32,000 nucleotides of DNA from an uncultured archaeon (GCA_964510585.1 CAZECW010000075.1:1-32000), one strand, 5' to 3'. Shown: positions 9,107 to 18,297, numbered from the stretch's first letter. Notes: generated by a model from the letters alone, not told the origin. Translations and numbers: made by a program.

Positions 9107-9450
9107 TTAATTTTCTATTAAATTCAGGAAAAAAGGTCTCCGTCAATTAGGTGATATCCATCCAAATTTCCCCATTTTTTTATTTTTTCATTACTTTTTG
9201 GTTCGTAAGTAGATTTCCTTTTAAAGGTCACGAAAATTTTGTCACCGTATTACCTTGCAAAATTTTTCTGTTGAGGGAAGTAAATTTTATGCATCTTTTT
9301 CCCTTTTTTCCTAGGAAGACTATTTTTTTCTTGGTGTATTTTTGAAGGATGGAGGAGTATCTGTTTATTTTTTTGGGAGGTTTGTAGGTAAAGACTTAAA
9401 TATAATTTTGCAGGTAACTACTTTAAAGTTGGTTTTGGAGGGAACATGAG

Positions 9451-10386
9451 TTGATTATTGACGCCCATAGCCATATTGTTGATAAGGATTGGTATCCTGA
9501 AAGGTGGTGGAGTGAACTAGCTAAAGCCTTTGTTGACCCCGTGAAGCACTTGCTGGGTATGGAATTGACCCCGAAACAAATAGTTGAGCAGATAATGCCG
9601 ACTTTTTACGACCCCACGGGTGAGAAATGTCTTGCCGAGATGGACAAAGCAGGTATCGATATGACTGTTATATGTGCACAGGACTATGGTTTACTTCTGG
9701 GGGATCCCAAAGTATCCATTGAGGAGCAGAACCAGATTTTTGGGGAGATTCAAAAGAAACATCCTAAAAGATTCTTAGCCTTTTGTAGTGTTGATCCCCG
9801 CAGACCCGGTGCAGATAAACTCGTTAGGCGGTGTTTTGAAGAGTGGAAGATGAGCGGTTTGAAGCTCCACTCATCAACTGGGTTTTATCCCAATAGCAAG
9901 GAAGTCTATAGACTTTTGGACATTGCAAACGAGTTTAAGAAACCGGTCCTATTCCACACTGGACAGATTGTGGCTCCGCTCAGGTCTAAGTACTGCAACC
10001 CCATGTTTCTTGACGACGTCTGCCTTGACTATCCAGACCTCTGGATACAAGCCGCGCATATGGGCTTCGGCTGGCGCTACGAATTATACCATCTAGGCTC
10101 ATGCAAAACCAATCTCACAGTGGACTTCTCAGGCTGGCAGGTACTGGCAAAAACAAACTACGCCCGCTTCTGCCACGCACTACGCGAATGCTTGGACGAA
10201 TTCACAGCCGCAAGAGTTCTTTGGGGAACAGACAACCCCTACCTCCGCGCCGCAGTACCAGATAGTGAATGGATACAAATGATAAAAGACCTGCCAACCA
10301 AAGCTCCTGAGGGAATCACATTCACCAAAGAAGAAGTAGATGCTATGCTGGGAGGCAGCGCAAAGAAAATATTCGGAATAAAATAA
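9451..10386 (+). CDS. Amidohydrolase family 2 (TIM-barrel metallohydrolase/decarboxylase)
   Basis: IIDAHSH, GLKLH, FHTG, AHMG and WGTDNP; GGAGG before TTG. Confidence 0.9.
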   Translation: MIIDAHSHIVDKDWYPERWWSELAKAFVDPVKHLLGMELTPKQIVEQIMPTFYDPTGEKCLAEMDKAGIDMTVICAQDYGLLLGDPKVSIEEQNQIFGEIQKKHPKRFLAFCSVDPRRPGADKLVRRCFEEWKMSGLKLHSSTGFYPNSKEVYRLLDIANEFKKPVLFHTGQIVAPLRSKYCNPMFLDDVCLDYPDLWIQAAHMGFGWRYELYHLGSCKTNLTVDFSGWQVLAKTNYARFCHALRECLDEFTAARVLWGTDNPYLRAAVPDSEWIQMIKDLPTKAPEGITFTKEEVDAMLGGSAKKIFGIK

Positions 10387-10427
10387 AAAGAGTAAAAAAT
10401 ATTTTTAGCCTAGAGGCCCCACTCTCT

Positions 10428-10498
10428 ATTTTTTTTATTTATTTATTTTTTTATTTTATTTTGGGAATTTTGGTCTGTCCCGTTCTTTTATTTTTTTC
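10428..10498 (+). terminator. Long T-rich tract between convergent genes
   Basis: Repeated T4-T8 runs downstream of the amidohydrolase. Confidence 0.45.
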
Positions 10499-10512
10499 GA
10501 GTTGCTGGTTTG

Positions 10513-11076
10513 TTACTTTTTGGAGAAGCCGTATGTTCCTAGGCGTTTTCCGAGGCTGTGGTATTCGCTTGATATGGGGTTCCAGGTTATGGGTTTTAGT
10601 TTTTCGAAGTTTATGCTTGTGGGTGAATCCATAACGTCCTCGTTTGCATTCACATTTACTATTTCGCCGATGAATAGGTCGTGTGCTCCAAGGTTGATTA
10701 TATTTTTAACTTTGCACTCCATGTTCACGGGGCACTCCTCGATTAATGGGGGTTTCACCTTTTTTGCCTTGACTGGTGTGAGCCCGGTTTCTTTGAACTT
10801 GTCCACCTTTTTTCCAGTGACTATTCCACAGTAATCTGTTTCCTTCACAATGTCAGCGGTTGGTACATTCACAACGTATTCTTTGGTTTTACTTATCAAC
10901 TCGTGGGTATAGCGTGAGGGCCTTATGGAAATGCCTATCTGGGGAGGCTCAGAACACACCACTCCCACCCAGGCCAGTGTGCAAACATTGGGCTTACCCT
11001 TCTCATCTATTGAGGTAGCTAAAATCACCGGGGTTGGATACAAAGCAATACTGGGTTTCATCTCCTTCTTACCCAT
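10513..11076 (-). CDS. Flavin reductase family protein (DIM6/NTAB)
   Basis: YPTPVILATS, ISIRPSRYTHELI, CGIVTGKKVDKF, PLIEECPVNMECKV and GAHDLFIGEI. Confidence 0.92.
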   Translation of the reverse strand: MGKKEMKPSIALYPTPVILATSIDEKGKPNVCTLAWVGVVCSEPPQIGISIRPSRYTHELISKTKEYVVNVPTADIVKETDYCGIVTGKKVDKFKETGLTPVKAKKVKPPLIEECPVNMECKVKNIINLGAHDLFIGEIVNVNANEDVMDSPTSINFEKLKPITWNPISSEYHSLGKRLGTYGFSKK

Positions 11077-11174
11077 TATAATTCCACCTCTGAAAAGTAT
11101 TGCAGAAACTATAGTAGTTTATGCCATTTATTTTTATCTCAAAGAGTGTATGTATAGTCAGAAACTATCAGGTT

Positions 11175-11960
11175 TTATGGTTTGTTTAATTTTTTGGACC
11201 GTTTTTGAACCAAGCTGATTCGTACAGTATGGAAAAACATAACTGAGGCAACAAGTATCATCCCTAGAGTTATGGATAAATACGCGTTATCAATAATTTG
11301 CGGATTCCATACTCCTCCTATGCTGTAACCTGCAAAGATAAAACCGTTTTGAACACCAACGTAAAGCCAAGAAAACTCATAATATACGTGCATCCAGTAA
11401 CCATTTTTATATTCGTGTATTTGCATTTCTGATAGTGGCATGAATAGATCGGCCAAGAATTTTTCATATCTATGAATTTCCTGATAATAATGTATAGTAA
11501 AGTTCACAGGATTTGTAGCATTCTTTTCAAGATAGAGTACCCACTCACTTGTACCATTGTAATATTTTTTCACTTCTACCGTGAAGTTGGCGCTGCTAAC
11601 ACTGTCCGCTTTGAAAACAGGATTCCTCTCAAACCAGCCCGGTTCTGTAATGTTTATGTAAAAGTTCACTGTATCGTTCACTTCAAGGTACCCTTTAAGA
11701 TAGGGAGTAACTGCATGGTTGGAGTTTTTACCATAAAGGCTGTAGTAACTTATGTTAAAAGTATAATTGGGATTCTCGGACGTAAGCACACCAGCAACCA
11801 TCTCCTCAGTAGAGTAGGAGGGATATGGTAATAGCACCACTCCCCAGTTGCGACCATATTTGAAAGCAAAGTAGGAACCCAGAAATATCATTGAAAAACC
11901 TACTAGAAGAATGAGGACTATTCCAATTCCCATCTTATTTGTAAACTTCTCCCACACCAA
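11175..11960 (-). CDS. Hypothetical membrane protein (N- and C-terminal TM helices, extracellular domain)
   Basis: Hydrophobic ends and several N-x-S/T sequons (NYT, NIS, NDT, NIT, NFT, NGT, NAT). Confidence 0.7.
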   Translation of the reverse strand: MVWEKFTNKMGIGIVLILLVGFSMIFLGSYFAFKYGRNWGVVLLPYPSYSTEEMVAGVLTSENPNYTFNISYYSLYGKNSNHAVTPYLKGYLEVNDTVNFYINITEPGWFERNPVFKADSVSSANFTVEVKKYYNGTSEWVLYLEKNATNPVNFTIHYYQEIHRYEKFLADLFMPLSEMQIHEYKNGYWMHVYYEFSWLYVGVQNGFIFAGYSIGGVWNPQIIDNAYLSITLGMILVASVMFFHTVRISLVQKRSKKLNKP

Positions 11961-12049
11961 TTTCTCCCTTTGCCCATATTTTTACTGTTAACAGTTTTAG
12001 TAGAAATTCAAATAAATATTACGAATATCGAAACTCATATTATTGAAAA

Positions 12050-12274
12050 TTTTTCCAGCTTTACAGCTAGTAATATAGACATAAACTGCCGAGATAACGA
12101 ATATGAAATTTAAACCTAAGCATTGCTAGTCCCCATTTCCATAATTGCAGAATAAGTCTCACTGAAACATGTAGTATTCCAGAAGCCTAGTGCAGCAACC
12201 ATGTCTCCCAGCGCGAAAAATAATAGGATATCACAACTAGTTTTGCAACCAGAGGTCTGTAAGAAGACATCCAT
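12050..12274 (-). pseudogene. Possible eroded small membrane-protein gene
   Basis: GGGAGG before ATGs at 12274/12270; hydrophobic segments (PLVAKLVVI, LLFFALGDMVAALGFW, LNFIFVISAVYVYI) split by frameshifts and stops. Confidence 0.3.
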
Positions 12275-12581
12275 AATCCTCCCAATAATTGTTATTCATA
12301 TTTTTTTATTCTAAACTATATTTCTTTCTTTGTGTGCAAAAGGGGATTGATTTGAATTTTCTATTTTGAGGCTTTTTGAAATGCAGGGGTACGATTTTTA
12401 TTTTCGCTACCCTCCATGTTTGGCTCTTCATGTACGCATCTACATAAAGGAAGCTAAGGCTCAAAAATAGTAGTCAGAATATTCTTAAAATTTGGATGGG
12501 TTAGACTTTTTATTTGGGTGATACTCTGAATTAAAAAAGGAAAAATCGTATTAGAAATTAAAGAAATGGATGGAGTAAGAT

Positions 12582-13751
12582 TTGAAGAGTGAGATTGTGA
12601 GAATTGAATTAACTCCTCTGTATGTGCCCTTCAGGCCTGAAGTAAGGAAGGCTATGGAGTCGGGTGAAGGCCAATTGGGAATGGCGATTGGTGCAGAGGA
12701 ACCCTGGCTTGGCGGCGATTTTGTCATCTGTAAACTCATATGTGATGATGGTACCACTGGTTTGGGTGAGTCATTTGTGTGGTTGCCTGAAACGGGCATT
12801 TCTCCTGAACAGATTATTTCGACGATTAAGGGAACTTTAGCGAAGTACATTCTGGGTGAGAGCCCCTTCAATGTGGAGCGCATCCAGCAGAGATTTGATG
12901 CAAACATTACTAGAAACGAGGTGGCGAAGGGTCTCTTGGATAAGGCTTGTTATGATTTGATGGGAAAAATTACGGGGCGTCCCGCGTGCCACTTTATGGG
13001 GGGCCAAACGGTAAACGAAATTCCACTGGCGGCTCTCATACCTTTAACTGATACTGAAACCATGGTGGAACTTGCCAAACTGTTTCACAAGGTGGGATAT
13101 CGTGCTTTTCGGCTTAAACTGGGCAAGGGGGTTAAGGAGGATAGGGAAATTGTGGAGAGCTTCCGCGATGCTTTAGGCTCTGATGTGGCTCTGCGGGTGG
13201 ACTATAATCAAGCCTATGAGCCACCTGAGGCTGTGCGGGCCATTAGGGCTATTGAGCCCTTTGGTATTGATTTCGCCGAGCAACCAGTTAATGCTAATGA
13301 CTATTTGGGTATGGCCTATGTTCAAAAGCGGGTGGATACACCCCTTATGGCTCATGAGGGATGCTTCTCCGTGAGGGACTTTGTTACTTTGGTTGAACTT
13401 GGTGCGGTGGGGGTTCTGGGTTTGAACTCGGAACGCCCAGGAGGGGTTACTAATGCCCTTAAGGTGTTAAATTATGCTGAGTTGCGGGGTATCGGTGCAG
13501 TTTTGCATAATCAGCCTTTGGGGATTGCGTCTGCTATGCATATTCATTTGGCTGCGGCCCGGCCCCATAATTTTTGGTATGAGACTGAGCTCTTCGGCTA
13601 CGTGATGTTTGAAGATGACCTCATTAAGGACCCCATAGATTACAGTGACGGTAAGGCCAAGCTGCCACAAGGACCGGGATGGGGAGTTGAACTGGACGAG
13701 GAAGCTCTAGCAAAATATGCCACGGGGCCCACTACTGTTATAAAGAAGTAG
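12582..13751 (+). CDS. Enolase-superfamily enzyme (mandelate racemase/muconate lactonising enzyme-like) with atypical active site
   Basis: GTTGLGES, DKACYDLMGK, RLK, VDYNQ, EQP and PQGPGWGVELDEEAL. Confidence 0.9.
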   Translation: MKSEIVRIELTPLYVPFRPEVRKAMESGEGQLGMAIGAEEPWLGGDFVICKLICDDGTTGLGESFVWLPETGISPEQIISTIKGTLAKYILGESPFNVERIQQRFDANITRNEVAKGLLDKACYDLMGKITGRPACHFMGGQTVNEIPLAALIPLTDTETMVELAKLFHKVGYRAFRLKLGKGVKEDREIVESFRDALGSDVALRVDYNQAYEPPEAVRAIRAIEPFGIDFAEQPVNANDYLGMAYVQKRVDTPLMAHEGCFSVRDFVTLVELGAVGVLGLNSERPGGVTNALKVLNYAELRGIGAVLHNQPLGIASAMHIHLAAARPHNFWYETELFGYVMFEDDLIKDPIDYSDGKAKLPQGPGWGVELDEEALAKYATGPTTVIKK

Positions 13752-13790
13752 AGAGCATTCTTGAAATATCGATTACGGAGTGTGAATACA

Positions 13791-15461
13791 ATGGAGATTA
13801 GCCTCTTTTATAATTGCACCATTCTAACTATGGACTCTAACGACTCTGAAGCCAGTGCTATGGCTATTTTTCGGGACAAAATCTTAGCCGTGGGTTCAGA
13901 AAAGGAGGTTAGAAACAGCATAGCCCAGTTTAGAGAGAAGAATCGGTTAGAAGGTGGTGAAACGGTTTCTTTACGGGAAATCAACTTGAATGGTGCTTGT
14001 ATTGTTCCCGGCTTTATTGATGCCCACATGCATCCGGGAATATACATTTTTTATAAAACACAGAAGAGTCTTTCAGGGGTTAAAGGGTATAAGGATTTGG
14101 AAAGAGTCCTTGGAGAGGAAGCGAGGAAATGCGGTGAGGGGCAGTGGGTTGTGGGTTTTGACTTGATGGAAGACATATTCGAAAAACCTGAGGAACGCCG
14201 GTTCCCCAACAGGTACGATTTAGACAAAATATGTTCCGAGCATCCGGTGTTAGTTTTGCGGCACGATGGACATATTTGTGCTGTAAATTCCCTAGCCTTA
14301 AAAATAATGGGAATTGATAAATCCAATGTTGCGGAGAAAACTGTGGAGGCTGGGGAAATTAGAGTGGATGAGAATGGGGAACCCACAGGAGTGTTTACCG
14401 AGGCAGCCACAGCCATTCCTCTGGGGTTTATGCCCCTGCCTGATTTACAGCGTTTCCTAGATGCGGGCAGAATATTTTCCCAAGAGCTGGCATCCTATGG
14501 AATCACCACCTGTGGCGGAGTGGTACAATTAGGGGAAGAGGGACCTGCAGGAAAGGCTGGAACCTTTGAGATACCGCTAATTCAAGGACTAATAAAGGAG
14601 GGGTTAATAGAGCAGGATTTCGTGTTTTACGTTATAACCACCCTGCCTAGTGAGTTAAAGAATGTTGAGAAATCCTTCCAAGAATTGGGTTTAGGGGAGG
14701 GAAGGTTCCAGGTGGGGGGAATCAAAAGATTTGCAGACGGTACATTCGGAGCCTTCACCGCTGCCATGTTTGAGCCGTTTTCAGATTCGCCGCGAAAGAG
14801 TAAGGGCTTCTTTATGACTGATGAGGAGTCTCTCTTCGAAATCATAAAGGAAACTTACAAGATGGGATACCAAATCCTTGTACATGCCATAGGGGACAGA
14901 GCCAACCGGTGGGTTGTTGACCTCTACAAGCGGGTAGTAAAAACCGTTAAATCGAAGGAAGGGGGCCGACTCCGAATTGAGCACGCATCAGTGCTTACGC
15001 CGGACGTTATCAGAGACGCCGCAGATTTGGGAATAGTTTTGGTCTGTCAGCCAATGTTCATAGATAGCGAGTATACATGGCTTGAGAAACGCTTAGGCCC
15101 CGAGAGGATAAAAAATGTTTATCCATTCCGTTCAATAATTGATGCCGGTATATTTCTAGCAGGGGCTTCAGACGCTCCGGTGGAATCCGCCAGAGTATTG
15201 AAAGCCTTGCAGGTGTGCGTTACCCGAAACGGCTTTGTACCCGAACAGGCTATAACCATAACTGAAGCAATTAAAATGTTTACGTTGAATGCGGCGTATG
15301 CCCTGGGACAGGAGAAAATTAAGGGAAGCCTCGAAGAGGGAAAACTGGCCGACTTTGTAATTCTGGAAAGAAATCCTAAAAGCGTTCCCCCAAACCGGAT
15401 TGCAGACATTAGAATACTGGCAACATATCATCGGGGACGGCTAATTTATTCTCCGCATTGA
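13791..15461 (+). CDS. Amidohydrolase family 3 (YtcJ-like); probable start ATG 13791
   Basis: PGFIDAHMH, DGH..VNS, GEPTG, IKRFADG, HAIGD, RIEHAS, ASDAP and GSLEEGKLADFVIL. Confidence 0.92.
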   Translation: MEISLFYNCTILTMDSNDSEASAMAIFRDKILAVGSEKEVRNSIAQFREKNRLEGGETVSLREINLNGACIVPGFIDAHMHPGIYIFYKTQKSLSGVKGYKDLERVLGEEARKCGEGQWVVGFDLMEDIFEKPEERRFPNRYDLDKICSEHPVLVLRHDGHICAVNSLALKIMGIDKSNVAEKTVEAGEIRVDENGEPTGVFTEAATAIPLGFMPLPDLQRFLDAGRIFSQELASYGITTCGGVVQLGEEGPAGKAGTFEIPLIQGLIKEGLIEQDFVFYVITTLPSELKNVEKSFQELGLGEGRFQVGGIKRFADGTFGAFTAAMFEPFSDSPRKSKGFFMTDEESLFEIIKETYKMGYQILVHAIGDRANRWVVDLYKRVVKTVKSKEGGRLRIEHASVLTPDVIRDAADLGIVLVCQPMFIDSEYTWLEKRLGPERIKNVYPFRSIIDAGIFLAGASDAPVESARVLKALQVCVTRNGFVPEQAITITEAIKMFTLNAAYALGQEKIKGSLEEGKLADFVILERNPKSVPPNRIADIRILATYHRGRLIYSPH

Positions 15462-15466
15462 GGACG

Positions 15467-15922
15467 CTAAAAATTGTTTTTGTGGGTGTTTTCCTCTTTA
15501 TCTTCTTTTATTGTCAGTAGGTTTTCTGAGCCGTCTAGAATTGTTTTGTAGTCTTCGATGAAGCCTCTTCCAATGGTGAGTAATTTATTGTCCTTGAATG
15601 TTGTCACTACTGTTAGGAGAGTTAGAGGCCCCATTTCAACTTTCGCGTAGGAGGATAGTAGTTTTTTCTTTTCCCCCGACACGGTAACTCCCCGTTGTGA
15701 GAAGATGTCTGGAAGCTGACAGTTTTCCAATTTTAGCTCTGTATAAGTTTTCCAGGGTATTAGTATCATTCCGTCGAATCCCGTGTCAAGGAGTGCAACT
15801 ATTTCGGTTTTCTCTCCGCTAACAAAGTTTGATATTTTAATCTTGACTGCTGGAGATAAATAGTTGAATCTTTCATCAATGTATGGTTGCTTGTATACTA
15901 CTCTATTTGTAGGCTTGTTCCC
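15467..15922 (-). CDS. Retropepsin-like (clan AA) aspartyl protease; catalytic region lacks a canonical start
   Basis: Extending the listed 15467-15769 ORF upstream gives PAVKIKISN..KTEIVALLDTGFDGMILIP and later IGRGFI. The frame is open to 15979 with no ATG/GTG/TTG before the DTG. Confidence 0.8.
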   Translation of the reverse strand, partial: GNKPTNRVVYKQPYIDERFNYLSPAVKIKISNFVSGEKTEIVALLDTGFDGMILIPWKTYTELKLENCQLPDIFSQRGVTVSGEKKKLLSSYAKVEMGPLTLLTVVTTFKDNKLLTIGRGFIEDYKTILDGSENLLTIKEDKEENTHKNNF

Positions 15923-16302
15923 CCCAAGTAGATTTCTTTGGGTTGTTTGAGGAATTTTTCCGTAATCCTTATAATTATTCTATGTTTGACGTCTCTCGAC
16001 AGTTTGAGCTCCTCGGCAGAGTCAGCAACTATCGTATTTCCATTCTCAAAGGCCACCCATTTCCCCACGTAGTTTCGGAAAAGCTCATCTTTCATCTTTT
16101 CAAACGCTAGATTGTTTTTCTCTAACTCTCTGCGATACTCTTCCGCCCCAACCCAGTCATCCAAAGTTCTGTCAACAGCCCTAGAGATATTCCCATTACT
16201 AGTAGTGGTATTTACAGTTCCCTTAGCTCCTGTCGACTCAGCCTCACCCTTCTTGGTTCCCCAAAAAATGGAAGAGTCTTTAACCCTCGAATGTTCTATC
16301 AA
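15898..16302 (-). CDS. DUF5678-like domain protein with low-complexity N-terminus
   Basis: NNLAFEKMKDELFRNYVGKWVAFENGNTIVADSAEEL; TTG start 1 nt after the upstream stop. Confidence 0.7.
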   Translation of the reverse strand: MIEHSRVKDSSIFWGTKKGEAESTGAKGTVNTTTSNGNISRAVDRTLDDWVGAEEYRRELEKNNLAFEKMKDELFRNYVGKWVAFENGNTIVADSAEELKLSRDVKHRIIIRITEKFLKQPKEIYLGGTSLQIE

Positions 16303-16303
16303 T

Positions 16304-16537
16304 TTACTCTTCCTCCTTAGGAGAACTAACAGAGATGACTGTTTGCGACCTCACTAAATAATCTGGCTCACCTGTTAGAGGATCTAAATCATCCAACTCG
16401 TATACCTTTAAAACAACGGGTTTAACCCGCAAAACTTTTCCATTTTCCAGCCGGAAATCACTCCACTCTTCACGCACAACACGGAATCCCACTTCGACGC
16501 CATTCACTTCTCTCCCGTCCGGAAGCTTTAAACTCAT
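16304..16537 (-). CDS. Small beta-rich hypothetical protein
   Basis: EEWSDFRLENGKVLRVKPVVLKVY..DPLTGEPDYLVRSQTVI; TATA-like GTTAAATA about 60 nt upstream; start 16537 or 16546. Confidence 0.75.
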   Translation of the reverse strand: MSLKLPDGREVNGVEVGFRVVREEWSDFRLENGKVLRVKPVVLKVYELDDLDPLTGEPDYLVRSQTVISVSSPKEEE

Positions 16538-16789
16538 AAACCACATCCGTCCAAACCTACACAGTCAACTTCAGACTATCTCAACCCCGAATCGTATTTA
16601 ACTCTTCTCATCTACAATTTCATTTCGCAGAACCCTAAAAAGCGTCCCATCGAATCAAATTGCAGACAATAAAAAATACTGGCAAACTATCATCAAGATC
16701 GACTGATTTATTTCCGAATTGAAAAGTTTTCTGATTAAACCGCTACCCTCTTTTTGAAACACACTTCTTGAACATTTCTTCTTCTGGTT

Positions 16790-17005
16790 TTAATGGGTGA
16801 GGATGGCTTTACATTCTTCGCCTAAGCCTTGGAGGAGATCCCAGGAGTCGTTTTTGGTTCCCTTCGTCTGCATTGTTCTCACGTCTTGGCAAATGGGCAT
16901 GATCATTCGTTTAAGGATGTGTTGAGGTGTGGGTTCGTATGGTCTGAGGGAGTGCTCTATGAGTATTTTGAAGTGGCCTAATGTTCTTTTCACAATTCTG
17001 TTCAA
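16790..17005 (-). CDS. Small hypothetical protein coupled to RHH gene
   Basis: TTGA 4-nt start/stop overlap with the upstream gene. Confidence 0.5.
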   Translation of the reverse strand: MNRIVKRTLGHFKILIEHSLRPYEPTPQHILKRMIMPICQDVRTMQTKGTKNDSWDLLQGLGEECKAILTH

Positions 17006-17550
17006 TATAATACCTCCACATGTCCCTCTCTCACAATAACACTGAACCTGTCCCTAGCTAGCTTGATTTTTATACCTAGCTGCTTTAGTAATTTTTCGGC
17101 TATGGAAATCTTTTGTTTCCTGTTCAGAACAGCTTCCAGAAGGAAGCAGCCCCCACCACCCGTATATAAAGAAGCGGTTTCGAGTTCCGCCATAAAAGTG
17201 GGATTCAGAAACACATCCGTCATTTCTCCACATTTTGACCTTGCTAATTCTGCGGGAAGTTTTAACTCCACCTCCTCCTCACCATGCAGATAACTGTACA
17301 CAACGTTGCTCGGTTTAAGGACATCTATGAGAATTTCCATCAACTCTGGAACCAGTTTTTCTGGAACTTCGAAACTCATGCCACTTGATGTGGTGCCCAC
17401 ATACATTTCGGGGTCAGGGCTAAGCCAGTTGAAGAGAGCATTGGTAACTGAACGACTGAGACTCCCTTTCCTTGCCCCGTACAAGACACCTGCCTTAGAC
17501 CTCACTTTCTCCTCAAGATCGTCGGGAAGAGCCACTTTGATATACTTCAT
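17002..17550 (-). CDS. Ribbon-helix-helix domain fused to unknown C-terminal domain
   Basis: MKYIKVALPDDLEEKVRSKAGVLYGARKGSLSRSVTNALFNWL matches the archaeal RHH pattern. Confidence 0.7.
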   Translation of the reverse strand: MKYIKVALPDDLEEKVRSKAGVLYGARKGSLSRSVTNALFNWLSPDPEMYVGTTSSGMSFEVPEKLVPELMEILIDVLKPSNVVYSYLHGEEEVELKLPAELARSKCGEMTDVFLNPTFMAELETASLYTGGGGCFLLEAVLNRKQKISIAEKLLKQLGIKIKLARDRFSVIVREGHVEVLY

Positions 17551-17574
17551 AAAAATCATCCGGTAAATTTCTCA

Positions 17575-17613
17575 AATAGGACATATGACCATATTCCCAT
17601 AAATACCTTTTGG
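17575..17613 (-). promoter_or_regulatory. BRE/TATA with 8-bp-periodic TATG repeats (candidate RHH operator)
   Basis: Minus strand CAAAAAGGT-ATTTATGG-GAATATGG-TCATATGT; CATA at 17582, 17590 and 17598. Confidence 0.45.
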
Positions 17614-17856
17614 ACAAATAAACCGTTTCCAATGTAGGGTTATCTTCGAAAGATTATCCTATTGACCCCCACACCTCTACCCTGGAAAGAATCGAGAAAA
17701 GTGAAATAAACCAAAAGATGAGGGTGCAGAAAAGGCTTCTCGAATGAGCTAATAATTAGTCAATTTGAAAGCTGACTCACCCCCTTTTCAGATGCATGAA
17801 AATCTAAAGTTGTGTATTTATTATGATGATGCTAAAATAGAAAAGGCAAAAATACT

Positions 17857-18297
17857 ATGAAAGCCTATATGGTAGAAAAAATGAAGGAAAGGAAGGAAAA
17901 TTACCTTCGCAAAATTCAATTTGCTCAAGATAACATTAAATCCGTTAAAATGTGGCTGACAGGAATAACGCTTGAAAAGTTTTTGGACGATAAGAAGACA
18001 CGCTATGCCGTGTTTAAGGCCTTTCAGGAAGTGGTAGAAACCTGTATGGATTTGGCGGCTATGCTGGTTAAAGATCGTGGAATTCCACCCAAAGATGATT
18101 ATACCAATCTGGAGAAGTTAAGAGAAGAAAAGGTAATATCTGGCGAGATGGAGGATATTTTAGCGGAGGCTAATGGTCTACATAAATGGATAATCCACAG
18201 ATACAATAAGCTGGATGAAGCAGAAGCCTACAAAGCGATGCTTAGACTCATAACTCCCCTAGAGGGATTCATAGGAGTTGTAAAAAAGTGGATTTAG
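17857..18297 (+). CDS. hepT: HEPN/DUF86 (HepT-like) toxin with altered catalytic motif
   Basis: RYAVFKAFQEVVETCMDLAAMLVKD..PKDDYTNLEKL..ANGLHKWIIHRYNKLD; true start may be 17869 or 17881. Confidence 0.85.
   Translation: MKAYMVEKMKERKENYLRKIQFAQDNIKSVKMWLTGITLEKFLDDKKTRYAVFKAFQEVVETCMDLAAMLVKDRGIPPKDDYTNLEKLREEKVISGEMEDILAEANGLHKWIIHRYNKLDEAEAYKAMLRLITPLEGFIGVVKKWI

Noticed and set aside
959..12056. Recurring TGAAAATTTTTC-like sequences (about 959, 4887, 12044)
   Set aside because: Low-complexity AT-rich words with inconsistent position relative to gene starts
15898..15900. Amber (pyrrolysine) readthrough to reach the protease
   Set aside because: Readthrough stays in the zero frame, hits another TAG and never reaches the DTG frame
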